Assembly (NCBI GenBank): GCA_043228905.1
Contig: JBHGNT010000021.1
Span: 5,952,001-6,016,000 of the forward strand
DNA length: 64,000 nucleotides
Origin: Azolla caroliniana
Taxonomy: Eukaryota; Plantae; Polypodiophyta
Direction of reading: 5' to 3'
Notes under the pieces: generated by a model
What the model was told of the DNA's origin: nothing
What the model saw: only the letters and a program-made list of their open reading frames with translations
Database searches by the model: none
In this document: in pieces, positions 11,924-25,290 of the stretch
How positions within the stretch are numbered: position 1 is the stretch's first letter
Layout: every line of letters starts with the position of its first letter
Position numbers and translations under genes: made by a program

Positions 11924-14900
11924 ATGAAGAAGGGCATGGTGAAACTTCAATGGGCTGCCAGTGGTTTCCATGAGCACAAAGGTCTCTTCTTGGGAATCTC
12001 CATCGCTTTCTTCGTCGCCCTTATGCTCTTCACCCCTCGACTTCATCAGCCTCAGTCTTACCACAAATTCTCAGATCAGCGCAACCTCATCGGTAGGCTA
12101 TATATTCATGTATATGAATCACTTAATTTCTTTCCCGCTTCTTTAGATATCCATTTCTTCTGTTTCTCAAATTAGCGTTGAAATTATTTTTATTATGCCA
12201 TATCCTCAATAAAATGCAGACCATTGAAGCTCAAACGCGGATTTCTTTATTCTGTAGATCCCTACTTTATTTATTTATCTGTTTTTCTTCTATCGTTTTT
12301 CACAAATGCAGAGCTTTGACTTCCAGCACAGTTTTATTTATTATATAGATCTCTAGTATTTTTTTAAAAAATCAACTTAAATTTATTTTTTAATTTCAAA
12401 TGCATAACCATCCATGCTATTGAGGCTTGTCCCGTAATGTTTTCTTCGCTCAGATCTCGTATCTCAAATGCATAGCATTGGCTACAGAATAGAAAACTAA
12501 TTATGGAATTGTTTCTCAAATCTGTAGCCATAGGATCCAACATAGCAGACTTGTTGTGTGAACTCAGTACATTTGTTGTGTGAAACTGTATTTGTATTCC
12601 ATTGTAATGTGGTTCTGTCATCTGTTTGAAGTTTAGGCTCCAAAATAGAAACCTTATTCTATGAAATTGGTGTATATGGTTTAATTTTAGGAACTTTACT
12701 GATGGTACCATCATCACATTTCTCAAAGTGATGAGAGGCTGTTTTCCTATTCTTTGTCAATGCCATATATATCTATGAAAGTTGAGGCCCAATTTGGTAG
12801 ACAATTTGTTAAAACAAATTGGTGTGTAGCATTAAGAGAATGCATTTGCATTCCATTGTGATACGTTAGACCAGAGTCCTTGCATCAAGCGTCATCAACG
12901 TTCATTTTCTTTATGCACTCGGACTTATGTATATAATGACATTCAATCTTCTTTTTAGTTGTTTTACCTTTTGAGTGCCCAGCAACAATCAAGGCATCAG
13001 AAGTTGTAGGAGTTGAGACATATTGTGAAAAGATGCATGAGCTTCGAGTTGCATTAAATGAGGCAGAGTCTCCTTCAAAGTCAGAGGGACAGGTTGACTT
13101 GTAGCGATTAATGATTGATATTGACTGTCATATGGTCTGGATGTTTAAACTTCATCATGTCTATTAGCTTATAAGTCAAAATTTGCACTAGCTGTGATGA
13201 TTATGTACTGTTGCATTTTTTGAGTTGGATCATTGATGGAGTTGTATCCTGATTACTGAATGTTCTGAAAATTCTTGTTTGAGGTTGAGGACCTGGACGC
13301 AGAATATGTCTTTGTACTGCTCAGCAAGTTGATTCAGTAGGCGATGAGCATGTTGATGTTGGGCCAATACATAGAGACAGGTGTCTGAAATCTTGAGAAC
13401 AAGAAATGCCTTTTTGTCATATTCTTCCTAGGATGGAATTTCAATAAGATGACCAGGATTGACTGCATTTTGTTCATCTCTGAGCCAATCCGAGAATCCA
13501 TTGACTTTGAGTATAACAATCACTTTCATATCCCAAATAGGGTGGTCAGTTTTGGATAGTCTAGCAGAATCAGAAGAACCAGAGAAAGTGGATAAAGCCA
13601 TGATGGAGATAAGAAAATTGATATTTGAGAGCGTGAGATCCAAAAAAAGTAGATAAAGCTGTGGTGAGAGCAAAAAGGGGCGAACGAGAAGATTGAAAGA
13701 AACTGAGAGAAATTTAAAATTGTAGTAGATGGTTTAGAAACTTGGGCTCTGATGACAATGTAGTCAAAATAATATATCATAAAAAGCATAACTAATAGAG
13801 AAACACGATATAAACAGGGTAAACTTCCAGAATAGGTGATTGAGTAATGAGGCAAGCCTGATATAACTGGTGATAAGGCTTGTGACTATGGATGCTGGCA
13901 TAGTTTGATCATATAAGATGTGTGCTAAGTATTAAAAAGTATATTTGTATTGCATCTAAATAGTTTAGTAATTTGGATGATTTAATCTCTTTATATCATA
14001 CAAGTATACACAAAAAACATCATGTAATGAAGGAATCGTGGCCAAAACGTTTCTCAATGAAGAAATATTTCATCTCAAAAGAATTTCTCAGGCCAAATTA
14101 TTATTATATTTTTTATTTCTAGGAAATATAAAATGCTTGTTTAATATGTAGAATAATTAGAATACATTAAATATGTGGAACATTTTGAAATTGCAGTTCT
14201 AAAATGTAGAATATGTGGTAAATACTTCAAAGAATTCAAATACTTATTTAATAAATAAAATACACGTTTTTTAACAACTGAGGATGCTGCTGATAGAATG
14301 AACAAAGCACTGAGAGTGAATAGTGGCTAAAGAAGAAGAGAGTTCACACCTCCAAAAATCGATGTGCATGTGAATGGTGGGATAATTATGTGGTTCTATT
14401 CACAGCGCCATGTATAAAATTCTGTAAAATGTTTTTTCCTAACTTGGCTGAAAAGGTAAGTGAGGAAATATCAGAAAAGAGAGGAAGGGTTTGTGAAAAA
14501 GGATAAAAGAGAATTTATAGGTCATGACCTGCGTTTCTGATATGGGACTGAGGCTGCTAATAGTTCAGGGGTCTGCATTGATTATTTAAAGCACATAGGG
14601 TGACATAATTACATGCTAACTAATCAGCAGGTTGGATCTGGAAACTGGTAACATATATAAAAGTCGATGCTAGTAGCACATGTACTTCATTCTATGTGAG
14701 CTGTTGTGAAAGAAGAAAAAATACAGTGTACATGTGTGCTGTCGCATGGAGATGCTGTGACACTTGCATATATTATAATGTCAGGATGGTGTTATATGTC
14801 CAGCATTTGCGAAAGATGGATAAGTCACAACCAATCAGCAGATCAATTCAACTCTCAGATCAAGAACATTGTATGTAGTAATTGATATCAAGATTCTAGG

Positions 14901-17900
14901 TTTTTTTGCCTCAATTGCTGTAGAAAAAATTGTCTGATAGAGGAAAATGGCGCTTCGTCCCATATTGTTGTATTCTTTTTCGTTATAAAACTTAAATTTT
15001 GAACTGAATGTCATGCATAAGCAAGCTATGTAGATATTAAATAAAGCTACCAATGCTGCTCAAGGATAATTTGTATTGCAGGTGTTCCAAACTCATTGAA
15101 TGTGATCTCAAACTTCCCTTTTCTGATAATTGGAGTTGTTGGATTGGTTCTATGTCTTCATGGGAACTATTTAGGTTTAAGGTATACAATCTTGTATGCC
15201 TTTGGGTACCATCAGTTTCAAGTTGAATATTACATTTACTGCATCACATGTATACAGTTTTAAAGGTGAAGCCTGGGGCTGGGCATGCTTTTATGCTGGG
15301 GTGACAGCAACAGCTTTTGGTTCTGCTTATTATCATATGAAACCTAACGACGCAAGACTTTTGTGGGATCGTCTTCCAGTAAGTTTGGCACCATCAATCA
15401 TTCTCTTCTAAACTGCTTTAGTTATTTTTCTAATTCCCTTTCTCTATCGCAGCTTACCTTTAACTAACATCAAAATAAACTGCAAAGAATCCCTCATGTC
15501 AGCATTATGATAGCTATATGTTTAATAGAGAAACAGCCTCCAGATACACACAAGATGATGTTACCACCTATCTGCCCCTAGAAGACTTGGCCCCTCGTGA
15601 ATCTGCTCGATGTATGAAATGTTGAACATGGATTTTGATTGTGGATTGGAACAAGCCTGAAACTAACGGAAATGGGCAAAAGCTTTGTTAGCTTCTGCCA
15701 TTTTGTGAGGCTTTATGTTCTCTCTTGGTGCAGAAATTCCTGATGCTTGTAACTTCTTGAGGAGTCCATCATGTGTCTTTGAGACTAGAACTATATGTCT
15801 TGATATAGTAACATATCCCTGGCGAGCACAAAGATTCCAATTCCTCTCCATCTTTAGGGAGGAAGTAAGACATCTTAGAAATGTATGAACTGGAGAGTGT
15901 AGCTGAGAGTGGATAACTTTGCACTGCCGAATGCTGCTGGGCATCTGCTTCCATTGAAACCTGGATATAGTAGTTGATATATCACCCTTTTATATAGGGT
16001 TTGTATGACCTATTCAGTCTTTGCTCGTATTTATATTGTTTACAAACTGTGCTGCACCTCTCTTTGAACTGCTGTGGAATTGAATGAGCTTTGACGCAAT
16101 GATAGAGTCTCTTCGCATGTGCTCAGTCAAATATCTGCCAGAGAATAAATGATCAAACATGAATCTTTTTGGCTTGGATCATGGAATTCAGTGGTCACTC
16201 ATGATTGTCCTGTAGTCAACCAGATTCACACGATTCCATTGTTTGTGAATAGAGGGAATTATATGCATGGCTTTGACTGCTTAAACCTGTCTGCCAAAAC
16301 CCCGATACAGAGATGAGCAATGGAGGGAAGCAAATCTAGAAGCTTCAAAGAATGAAGCTCTCTCCCTCGATATTCAGGTGGGGGTAGCATACTTGTCATG
16401 TCATCTCTGAGAGTAAGAGCTATAGTGCTTAGCTGCTCATCTCACCCTTAACTTGATGCAATGAGGTATAGAGCTCACCAGTCACACTATGCCAAAGTAG
16501 AGAGTTGTGTCAATGCAGGTCGGTTTGATCAGGAAGTCATCTATCATCAGTATGCAAAGATGGTCTCTATATGTCATGTATGATCACCATGGATTGTTTA
16601 TAAGATATTGTGCCAATTCTATTGCGATAAAGGGTCATTGTCTATCTTTCTTAATTATCTCTTTCGTCAACCCATTCATTTCACATTGATGGAATGAACC
16701 TGTAATGCTAATGTAAAAGCCTAAAAAGAATCAATAATAATCATAAGAACATGTCCAGCTGAATAATGACCATGATTCATTTCTGTGTTTGTATGTAACA
16801 ATTTGTTGTTTTCCATGAAATTCTATATGACCATCTCTATGATAAATTGTTTGTATAGTAAATAAATCTTACCGCCACACACTTTGGTGACTAGTTCTGT
16901 TTTTGTTGGTTTGTAGATGAATATCACATTTTCATCACTGATGGCCATCTTTATCATCGAGAGAATCGATGAACGAAAGGGAACATTCTTATTATTTCCA
17001 TTACTTTGTGCAGGCATAATTAGTGTTGCTTATTGGAGGTATACTCTTAACACTTTTTCCTTAAAACTAAAATGAAAAACTAAGCTTGTTTCCAAATTTT
17101 ACTGTTTGGATCTTTCATGAGTTTGATTCTATGGCTGTGTAAATGAGCAAAGGTCATGCTTAGTGTGTCAGCAATGGATCCATCTGCGTTAGGAGTTCCT
17201 GAATGCTAGTACAATAGAAACTCATGCCTGATAACCTCATATGCAAGGTATTCCAAAGTGACACATGCTTCTGTTTCTGGTTCATCGAGACAACATAGGT
17301 CAAACTGCAGTTTACTTGCTGGGACAACTGGGTTACTGCTGCTTTGATGCATGTTGGTATTCCAGCTTTCTCCATTCTTTCCTATCACTTTGACTTTGGT
17401 TTGTGTTGGAATCCTACGTGAAAAGTACAGATAACAGTGCAATGTTTTTCCTTTAAGCTGATTCCCTTCCATCATGATCCAGAGACATACGAGATGATCA
17501 ATAGTGATTGTTTGGGCTGGAACCTGCTTGTCCCACAGTCCTATTGCTGGGTTTCTTGGCCCATTTACTGATTGATGTTCAGCATCTTAAGAGGGATTTA
17601 TGAGATCCAAAAAATGTTTCTTGATCATCTGTATAATGAGGTCAATGTCTCTGTTTCTCCGCTTCTTGTCACAAGGATCCTTGAATGTATCCTCTGAACA
17701 TAAAATGTAATTGCAGACCATAGCCTGTCATCTTGATCTGACTTCTTGTTTCAATCATCATTGGCTGGTGCATCTGAGATTGAAGAAGGCTATAATGTAG
17801 CTTTTAAATGTAGATATGAGTCCCTCCTGATATGGATATCATCTGTGTGTAATTCATGAGAAATTGTTATCTACAATCACTCTCTCAGCTGTCACTTGGC

Positions 17901-18800
17901 ACTATACACGATCATAGTGGTTTACAAAGGGCACACTATTTCTCATAGATATATATTTAAGACCTAAATCCATAGGTGCATATCAGTGTTTATTTTCTGA
18001 GAATTAGGCAGGATAATTCTGTTTGTTTTGATACGGTTTACAAAAAGCTCTGTTAAATTGAAAAAAATGAACATCATAGAAACCATATGTGCCACTGTAC
18101 CAGGCAGGCATTGGGAGGTTTTCTGGAGTGAGGACATCTTACTGGTAGATCAATAAGGGTTTAGGGTGGAGGGAGAAAGGAAAAAAGCTATATTAATGCC
18201 CTCTAGAGTCCAAAAGCCAACCTAAGGGACAGAACTGATAGATCCTGTATCTTGGATGCATAATGACATAAAAAACTTGGACGTGTTAATAAAAAAAAGC
18301 CTAACATATGAAATCAGGTTTGGGGAAACAGGTAGTTTTTCCTTTGTTTGTGAAATTTCTTGGTGAGAGCAGTAGAATTTTATCCTAAAATCTTATGTGG
18401 TATCTGAACAGCCTTCTTTTTTCATGGAAGGTTTGCAGATGACCTACGCCCTTATGTCATCATGCAGTTCATACCATGGATTTTAATACCAACCATGACC
18501 ATAACTCTACCGTCAAAGTATACACATTCGCTGTACTGGCTATGGTGTGCAGGTCCGTACATCAATGTGGAAAACATTAATAAGTTTCAGCAATGTGTTG
18601 GTGGTATCAAGTGAATTGATTTCATTCTTTAAACAGGGTTCTATTTACTTGCAAAGCTAGAGGAGATCATGGACAAAAAGATATATAGATGGACTAACCA
18701 TGGTGTTAGTGGCCACACAATGACACACCTAAGCTCTTTTATGGTGTTAGTGTTGATAACTATAATCCTGGCAAGGCGTAATAGTAAAATTGAAAGGTAA
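11924..18800 (+). CDS. Alkaline phytoceramidase-like CREST membrane protein (Arabidopsis SAG18-like). Exons 11924-12092, 15082-15181, 15258-15378, 16917-17038, 18431-18552, 18637-18800 (or spliced at 18796 to a further exon)
   Basis: GT-AG boundaries keep frame; family motifs YHKFSDQRNLIGVPNSLNVISNFPF, FGSAYYHMKPNDARLLWDRLPM, DDLRPY, KYTHS, SGHTMTHL. Confidence 0.9.
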
Positions 18801-20288
18801 TTGCTTTTAGAAATTTTATTCTGATTCTTGATGAAGATTTGTTTCTTGCTATGTCGTTCCTGTTGGAGTGAGAAATCATTAGAACAACATGGCATTTATA
18901 CACAGATTATAGTAAAGTTTCTGGCGTAATGTCTTTATTCATTCGGCTGCTTGGTTAGGCTTTTCTGTTGATGGAAGCCTTTTTCTCTAATAAAATGGAT
19001 GAGATTTAAGTACTGAAAAGATTGAAACATTGATAAGAGGAATGGCATGCAGAAATATTTTAAGTTGCTTGAATTTTTGGTATGCAGTGAGTTAAAATAT
19101 TTCTGCTCTTTCTGATTTGTGGCCATTGTTGTATGTTCAAGTTTGGTGGAAAATGAAGTTTGATTACATGCATAACTAGATATCAGATTAAGAAAGCATA
19201 TGGAGGTTGTAGAAAAACCTAGGTATATTATCATCCTGTACAACGCATGCACAACCCCACAGGGATCCAGCACTCACTGTAAAGATTGTATGGATGCATA
19301 TGCTACATAGGAATATATTTAAAATATCTATTGGAAGCACAATAAAATACATGGGAGTTTAATCATCATAAACAATTACACCTACAGACTGTTTGGACAT
19401 CTGAGCATGAATTCTACAGATGGTTCGCACAATATATATCTTCAACTTTCTATAAAAGTGATCCTCTAATACTAAAGACTAACTATTACTGACCAGTACT
19501 GAAATAAGTTCTGAGCTATTTTCTCTGTGAAGCAGACAAAGCTTGGTCGAGAAATGGAGGATTCAAATAAGAACGAGGTTTCCTTTTCATGAAGATAAAT
19601 CATCGTTACTCCAATCACGAAGCTATAGTACTGCAATTTCACAGGATGAGGCAGAAAGACTTGCCCAACCTTGAAGAACTCTGAGATCAAATTGTTTATT
19701 GGGTTTCTTCTGCTGTCAGGTAGAAATATTTTAGGATCCAATTGTTGTTGGTATTTCCTTTCTAACAGTTTACCTGTAATTTTAGCCATTCAAGCCCTTT
19801 ATAATGTGGGAAATTTAGGGACTCAGAACTAATAATCACTCAAATATTCTTGTAAATTCCCTTTTCTGCTAACAAGAACTAACGAATTTATTATGTAATT
19901 TCTGGATAATAATGCAATTCCAAATACAAATTTTTTGAATCATTCTTCTATGTATTATGTCAAGGTGAGAAAAGATGGATAATTATCAATGATGCAATGT
20001 TCGAAGGAAATGGTCTCAACTAGGACAAAATTTCATATCCAGGGTGCTTCCAGATTGAGTATAACTAGTTAAGAATGAGGATGAAGGTGAAAAAAACACA
20101 ATTGGTGCAAGCTTGAATGAATGTTAAATGAAAAAAGAGCTGGTTCACTTTCAGTATTTTGTCGAAAGCTATTAAATGTACCACCAGCATATAACGTGTA
20201 AATAGCACTATCTTCCTACAAGTGTTATGGGGTTCACAAATAGTTTTTAAAACCAGTTAATCAATAATTTACTTTTTTGCAAATGCAG

Positions 20289-20403
20289 ATTGTTTGAAAC
20301 CAATTCCAGGGCGTTCACTATCGCATCTTATGTTATAGGCCCTTGCTGGTCTTGCATTGGATTTTTTATGCCATTCCATTCAGTGCTACATATCCTTACC
20401 ATG
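20289..20403 (+). CDS. Candidate alternative terminal exon of the ceramidase-like gene
   Basis: Pyrimidine-rich acceptor ending TGCAG at 20288; in frame with donor AG|GTAATT at 18796; no homology support. Confidence 0.25.
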
Positions 20404-21869
20404 AAATGATGAGTATGCGTTGAGAGTGTAAATTTGTCATAGCAATTGTATGTTTTTAGATTAAGGTAGATACTTAATAGCGATAGTATTGTCTTCTTTG
20501 TAGGCCATTTATTAGACAAGAAAACATTAGTCCTACAAAACATTTCCATCAAGGAAACAAATGAAAATATTAATCCTAGTAATGTATGTCAATAAAATGG
20601 AGCATAACATTAGTGGGAAAAAGAGTTTAAAATACGTCGGTAAATAAGCGCAACAAACTATGATCAGGTTTATTTAGTACTTGCTTAGATAATTATAAGT
20701 TATAGATGATACAATATTTGGGCTCTTTACTTTCTATTAGCAAAGTGATTAAGGACAGAATGAGGCTTTGGCGTTGGGGAGTTTGGAAGTAGTTTGTATT
20801 AATGAGGAACCCTTGTAAAAGGTTACTAGTTTCACGTTAAACTTTCCATTTTATTTAGATAAATTATAACCATATCCTGCTCAAACTTTGAAAGATATAA
20901 ATGTTTATTGATACTACTTTTATAGTCTCCAATTAAAGCATAAACTTTAAAAGGTTAGAGCTTCAAAACTCAACAAAAGAAAGTCAACTAATAAGCTTTT
21001 CTCCCATTATTATTGCTAGTATTTAAAATATGAGAATAAAATGCAAGACTCGTTTGTACACATTACATTTTCCATAAATGAAATAGGTGATGCTATTGGG
21101 TCTACCTTTTGAGCAGCTCAAAATTAATTTACAATATATAAACAATGGTGAGGATGAGGTATTTTGACATGTGGGCCAAAAAGAGGGTTACATCACAGTG
21201 AAGGAAATGGTGGTATCAATAAGAATGGCCTTGACCATCAAGGACATTTGGCCGCTATTGAAATTGGCATTCGAGGTACTCCTTAAATATGTTAGATCAA
21301 AATTGGAGATTCTTTCTCCAAAGACAAAGTTATTGCTCCTTGGTCCCTAACATTGATAATGAAGATATTTCTGCCAAGATGTTGCCTGCCAAGTCTCTTC
21401 TTCTTGACAAATTTTATGGTTTAATGGAACTTATGTTGGATGTCTCTTTAGCCTAGGTGACAATGGGACATCATTCGATAATCTTCTCGGGTAGATTCCA
21501 TGTGGGGTAACCCAATGAGAGGCGGATTCCCTGCGGGTTTTAACAAGATTGACGAGCCTATGGATTTTTTAATGTATAGGATCAACTCAGCTTCCACCAG
21601 TCGTCTTTTAAGATGTTGGAGCTCAGCTTCAACCTCATCCTAGCTCTCTTAATGTCAAGTGTTGATAATTCTATTACTTTTGGGAGTCACTAGAAGAAGA
21701 GTAGAACTTGATCGTTCCTTTGGTTGTCAATATCACCACTTAGCTTTCACAATGTGCCTTCATCTTACTTACGGGGTTTTAACTTGATTGATAAATGACC
21801 ATGTTCGATGAGATCTCCAAAACCAGCTTGCTTGAATTTCGATTTGCTCATTCAGGACATGTTTCAACT

Positions 21870-22062
21870 CATAAACATTGGACATCGAGATGAATCCCGA
21901 AACATCTTCCTCATCTAACATTATTGCACATTCAAAAGCATACCTTGCAAGCTCTAGATAACCCCATTTATGCCATGAACTTAGCACCATAGTCCATGTC
22001 ATGTAATCAGGTCGGAAGGGCATCTCCTCTAGAACTTGTATTGCTTTCTGGAGCTGTCCTGC
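21870..22062 (-). pseudogene. Tandem duplicate of the PPR gene's S2/E-domain 3' end
   Basis: Near-identical to 22112-22304 (offset 242 bp); translated in ORF 21769-22104. Confidence 0.9.
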
Positions 22063-22100
22063 GGTTGGGATGTGTTTCAAATCATCCTGTAACTCAGTGC

Positions 22101-24734
22101 TCAAGCTTCCACATAAACATTGGACATCGAGATGAATCCCGAAACATCTTCCTCATCTAACATTATTGCACATTCAAAAGCATACCTTGCAAGCTCTAGA
22201 TAACCCCATTTATGGCATGAACTTAGCATTATAGTCCATGTCATGTAATCAGGTTGGAAGGGCATCTCATCTAGAACTTGTATTGCTTTCTGAAGCTGCC
22301 CTGCTCTACCAAAGAGATCAACCATACAATTGTGGTGCTCAACTGTTGGTAAGGTTACATATTCTCTACGAATAGCTTCAAATATTTTATGACCCTCATC
22401 TACAAGTCCAGAATGGCTGCATGCAGCAAGAAGACCAAGTACGATGACCTTGTCCGGATGTAAGCCATCATTTTTCATGGTTTGAAACATATGAAAAGCT
22501 TGCTCGTTTTCTCCTTGGCAAGCATACCCTAGAATTAGTCCAGTCCATGATATTACATCTCTAACTTGCAATTTTGTGAACATTGCTTGTGCTTCTTCAA
22601 GAGACCCACACTTGGCATACATGTCTACCAAAGTATTGGCAATATGAGTATCATTCTCAGATCCGATTTTAACTATCATAGAATGCAATTTCTTCCCTAT
22701 CATTATGGTTCCCATTCGACCAGAAACTTTTAAACCACAAACTAGTGATACTACATCTGGAGCCATGCCATTCTCTTGCATACATACCAGACAATCCAAT
22801 GCCTTCTCATCAAGACCATGTTCAGCATAACCCATCATAAGTGCATTCCATAAGACTATATTTTTATCTGGTTGCTCATTTAAAACCTCTTCAGCTTCTC
22901 TAAATGAACCACAACACGAGTACATATCAACTAGAGCACCCCCAACATAGATATCTTTCTCAAAGCCAGCTTTTACAATATCAGAATGCAGTTTTTGGCC
23001 CCCTTCTAAAGCTTGAATGTGGCTAGTAGCTCTCAATACTGAGATAAATGCAACGGAATCTAAAGAAATGCCATCCTGCTGCATCTTTTGGATGCAATTT
23101 AAAGCTTTATGGTCGTCGCCATATTCAGCATATCCTGCAATCAATGCTGTCCATGAGACGTTGGTCTTTAATGACAACTTATCAATCATGGCTTCAGCTT
23201 CAATAAGTGATCCACATTTAGCATACATATCAACAAGAATATTGGCAATAGATAAATCTTCTTCAAACCCTCTTTCAATGATACTAGAATGCAACTCAAA
23301 GCCTTTTCCAATGAAGCCTATTTTACTACAAGCCTTAAGGCCGCATACATATGTGACAATATCAGGAGGAATCCCTTCCATTTGCATTCTGTTGAGACAT
23401 AATAATCCCTCCTCACCATCCCCATGCTCAGCATATCCTGCGATCAGGGCAGTCCATGCAACAACACTTTGAACCCATAATTCATTGAAAACATCATACG
23501 ATTCGGAAAGCAATCCACATTTTGAATACATATCCACCAACGCAATTCCAAGAGAAGGATCCTTTAAGTTCCCTTCCTTTACTATCTCAGCATGTAGCTC
23601 CCAAGCCTTATCTATGTACCCTAAATTGCCACAAGCTTTTAAGCTACATATATATGTGACCATATTAGGAAATACATTTTCCGATCGCATTCTGTCTAGA
23701 CAACTCAGTGCTTCATTTGCATAGCCATGATCAACATATCCTGAGAGCAATGCAGTCCATGATACTATGTCCTTATCGAGGAGGTGATTGAACACGTGTT
23801 GTGCTTGTTGTGGAAATCCACATTTGCAGTATGTCTCTACAAGAGCACTCACGATAAAAGAATCATTTTCCAGCCCCGCTTTTGTCATGTCGGTGTGTAT
23901 ATCATGAGTTCTTTCTATGGATTGTGTATTACCAGAAGCTTTCAAAGCACCCATATATGTGATAGCATTTGGAATCACACCTTCACATTGCATACAATCC
24001 AAACATTTGAGAGCTTTCTCTCCCATATCGTGTTCTGCATATTGTGTGATAAGTGTTGTCCATGAGACTACATCTCTACAAACTAGATTATCAAACACTT
24101 CTTGTGCTTCTATCAGAGCATCAAATTTCGCATACATGTCGATCAAAGTACTTCCAACCGAAGGATCAATATCAAATCCCCATTTTACAATCTCTCTATG
24201 GATAATTTGGCCTCTTTGCAATGATCTCATCTTTAAAGAACCTTTCAAAAGAGATTGAAATGTATACCTATTAGGAATCACATAATCCTCTAGCATTCTC
24301 CAATACAAGACAAAAGCATCTTCGAGATGCCCATTATCAATATACCCTTGAATGATAGAGTTCCATGAGAATTCATTTCTATACGTACATCTATGAAACA
24401 AAATTTCAGCGTCTACCATATTCCCGCATCCTACAAGTATTGAAGCCAAGTAATTCCCGAGTTTAGGATGTGTTTCAAGTCCATATGTTTGCATGGTCAT
24501 TAATGTAATATTGAGATGTGAAACATCCTTAGAAGCATAGCAGATATGTAAGGAATCCATAATGCTGTCCATTGAAGGTAAATATTGCTTATTTACATCA
24601 TTCTTTAAATTACGGGTGAGTTGGGATGAACATACAGGTGCATTTTTGGGCTCAAAGCAGAGCTTTCCATGCTTCTCCATGGAAAGAACAGGATTTGAAT
24701 GATCCAGAAGGAGGTTCGATGTGATTCCATTCAT
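22101..24734 (-). CDS. PLS-class pentatricopeptide repeat protein (877 aa), ending in E1/partial E2 with no DYW domain; probable organellar RNA-editing specificity factor
   Basis: Seven VSW(T/N)ALI-type motifs at ~101-aa period; LVDMYAKCG motifs; ACSHSGLVDEG, HHNCMVDLFGRAG, MPFQPD..TW...LSSC; intronless. Confidence 0.96.
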   Translation of the reverse strand: MNGITSNLLLDHSNPVLSMEKHGKLCFEPKNAPVCSSQLTRNLKNDVNKQYLPSMDSIMDSLHICYASKDVSHLNITLMTMQTYGLETHPKLGNYLASILVGCGNMVDAEILFHRCTYRNEFSWNSIIQGYIDNGHLEDAFVLYWRMLEDYVIPNRYTFQSLLKGSLKMRSLQRGQIIHREIVKWGFDIDPSVGSTLIDMYAKFDALIEAQEVFDNLVCRDVVSWTTLITQYAEHDMGEKALKCLDCMQCEGVIPNAITYMGALKASGNTQSIERTHDIHTDMTKAGLENDSFIVSALVETYCKCGFPQQAQHVFNHLLDKDIVSWTALLSGYVDHGYANEALSCLDRMRSENVFPNMVTYICSLKACGNLGYIDKAWELHAEIVKEGNLKDPSLGIALVDMYSKCGLLSESYDVFNELWVQSVVAWTALIAGYAEHGDGEEGLLCLNRMQMEGIPPDIVTYVCGLKACSKIGFIGKGFELHSSIIERGFEEDLSIANILVDMYAKCGSLIEAEAMIDKLSLKTNVSWTALIAGYAEYGDDHKALNCIQKMQQDGISLDSVAFISVLRATSHIQALEGGQKLHSDIVKAGFEKDIYVGGALVDMYSCCGSFREAEEVLNEQPDKNIVLWNALMMGYAEHGLDEKALDCLVCMQENGMAPDVVSLVCGLKVSGRMGTIMIGKKLHSMIVKIGSENDTHIANTLVDMYAKCGSLEEAQAMFTKLQVRDVISWTGLILGYACQGENEQAFHMFQTMKNDGLHPDKVIVLGLLAACSHSGLVDEGHKIFEAIRREYVTLPTVEHHNCMVDLFGRAGQLQKAIQVLDEMPFQPDYMTWTIMLSSCHKWGYLELARYAFECAIMLDEEDVSGFISMSNVYVEA

Positions 24735-24812
24735 TCTTTTGCCTGTTGTGAAGACTTGGATAGCTACTTAAATTGTGTGAGATGAAGGCCCAAGAGTTTA
24801 CTCTGCATCGAG

Positions 24813-24905
24813 GGAAACCAGAGTGAAGCAAACCATAGTTAAGTTAACCATAGTTAAGCAAACCACGGTTAAGTGAACCATAGTTAGGCAAACCAGAGTT
24901 AAGAC
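24813..24905. repeat. 15-bp minisatellite (~6 copies) upstream of the PPR start
   Basis: AAGCAAACCATAGTT variants in tandem. Confidence 0.85.
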
Positions 24906-25249
24906 AGATAACTTGGGGCCTCCATGTGTCCCTCTCTCTTCTCTTTGTCGTTGGTTGCCAAAGTTATCGAGACCACATGAGTTCTCGACAAAGCATACAA
25001 ATCTTTGTTATGAATCATGATGAAAAGCCCAAAGAACACCTTCCGCCTCTTTCTTTATTTCCTTAAATGCCCCTGCGATTTTTTGTTAATCCCCAAATGC
25101 CCTCGAAGATTGATCCTCATACCCCACCGCGCTTCATCGTGTTCGTCTTCCACGCATGAGTGTCTGATAAAGTGAGCTAGACTTTCAGGTGTGGCCACTT
25201 CTAGGCAAATCTCTTACTTGTCTCTGCAATCTCACCCTCCGTCACTCTT

Positions 25250-25290
25250 TCAAAATTGGCCTCTTTATGGACGATAAAAATTCTAATTCT
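25250..25290 (+). mobile_element. Tiny RTE-like 3'-end remnant with TTCTAA tail
   Basis: TGGCCTCTTTATGGACGATAAAAATTCTAATTCT matches the reverse complement of 31306-31342. Confidence 0.6.

Noticed and set aside
11156-11937. Long ORFs rich in VC/VY/CM/HT
   Set aside because: Translations of (CATACA)n and (CA)n microsatellites; the same applies to ORFs at 843-1257, 4968-5210, 9004-9368 and 42034-42289
22063-22111. Spacer as a mini-intron or edited stop joining the two PPR E domains
   Set aside because: The 54-nt GT..AG candidate leaves the copy out of frame, and read-through of the TGA meets another stop
23017-24258. Plus-strand ORFs opposite the PPR gene
   Set aside because: Antisense shadows of the PPR coding frame
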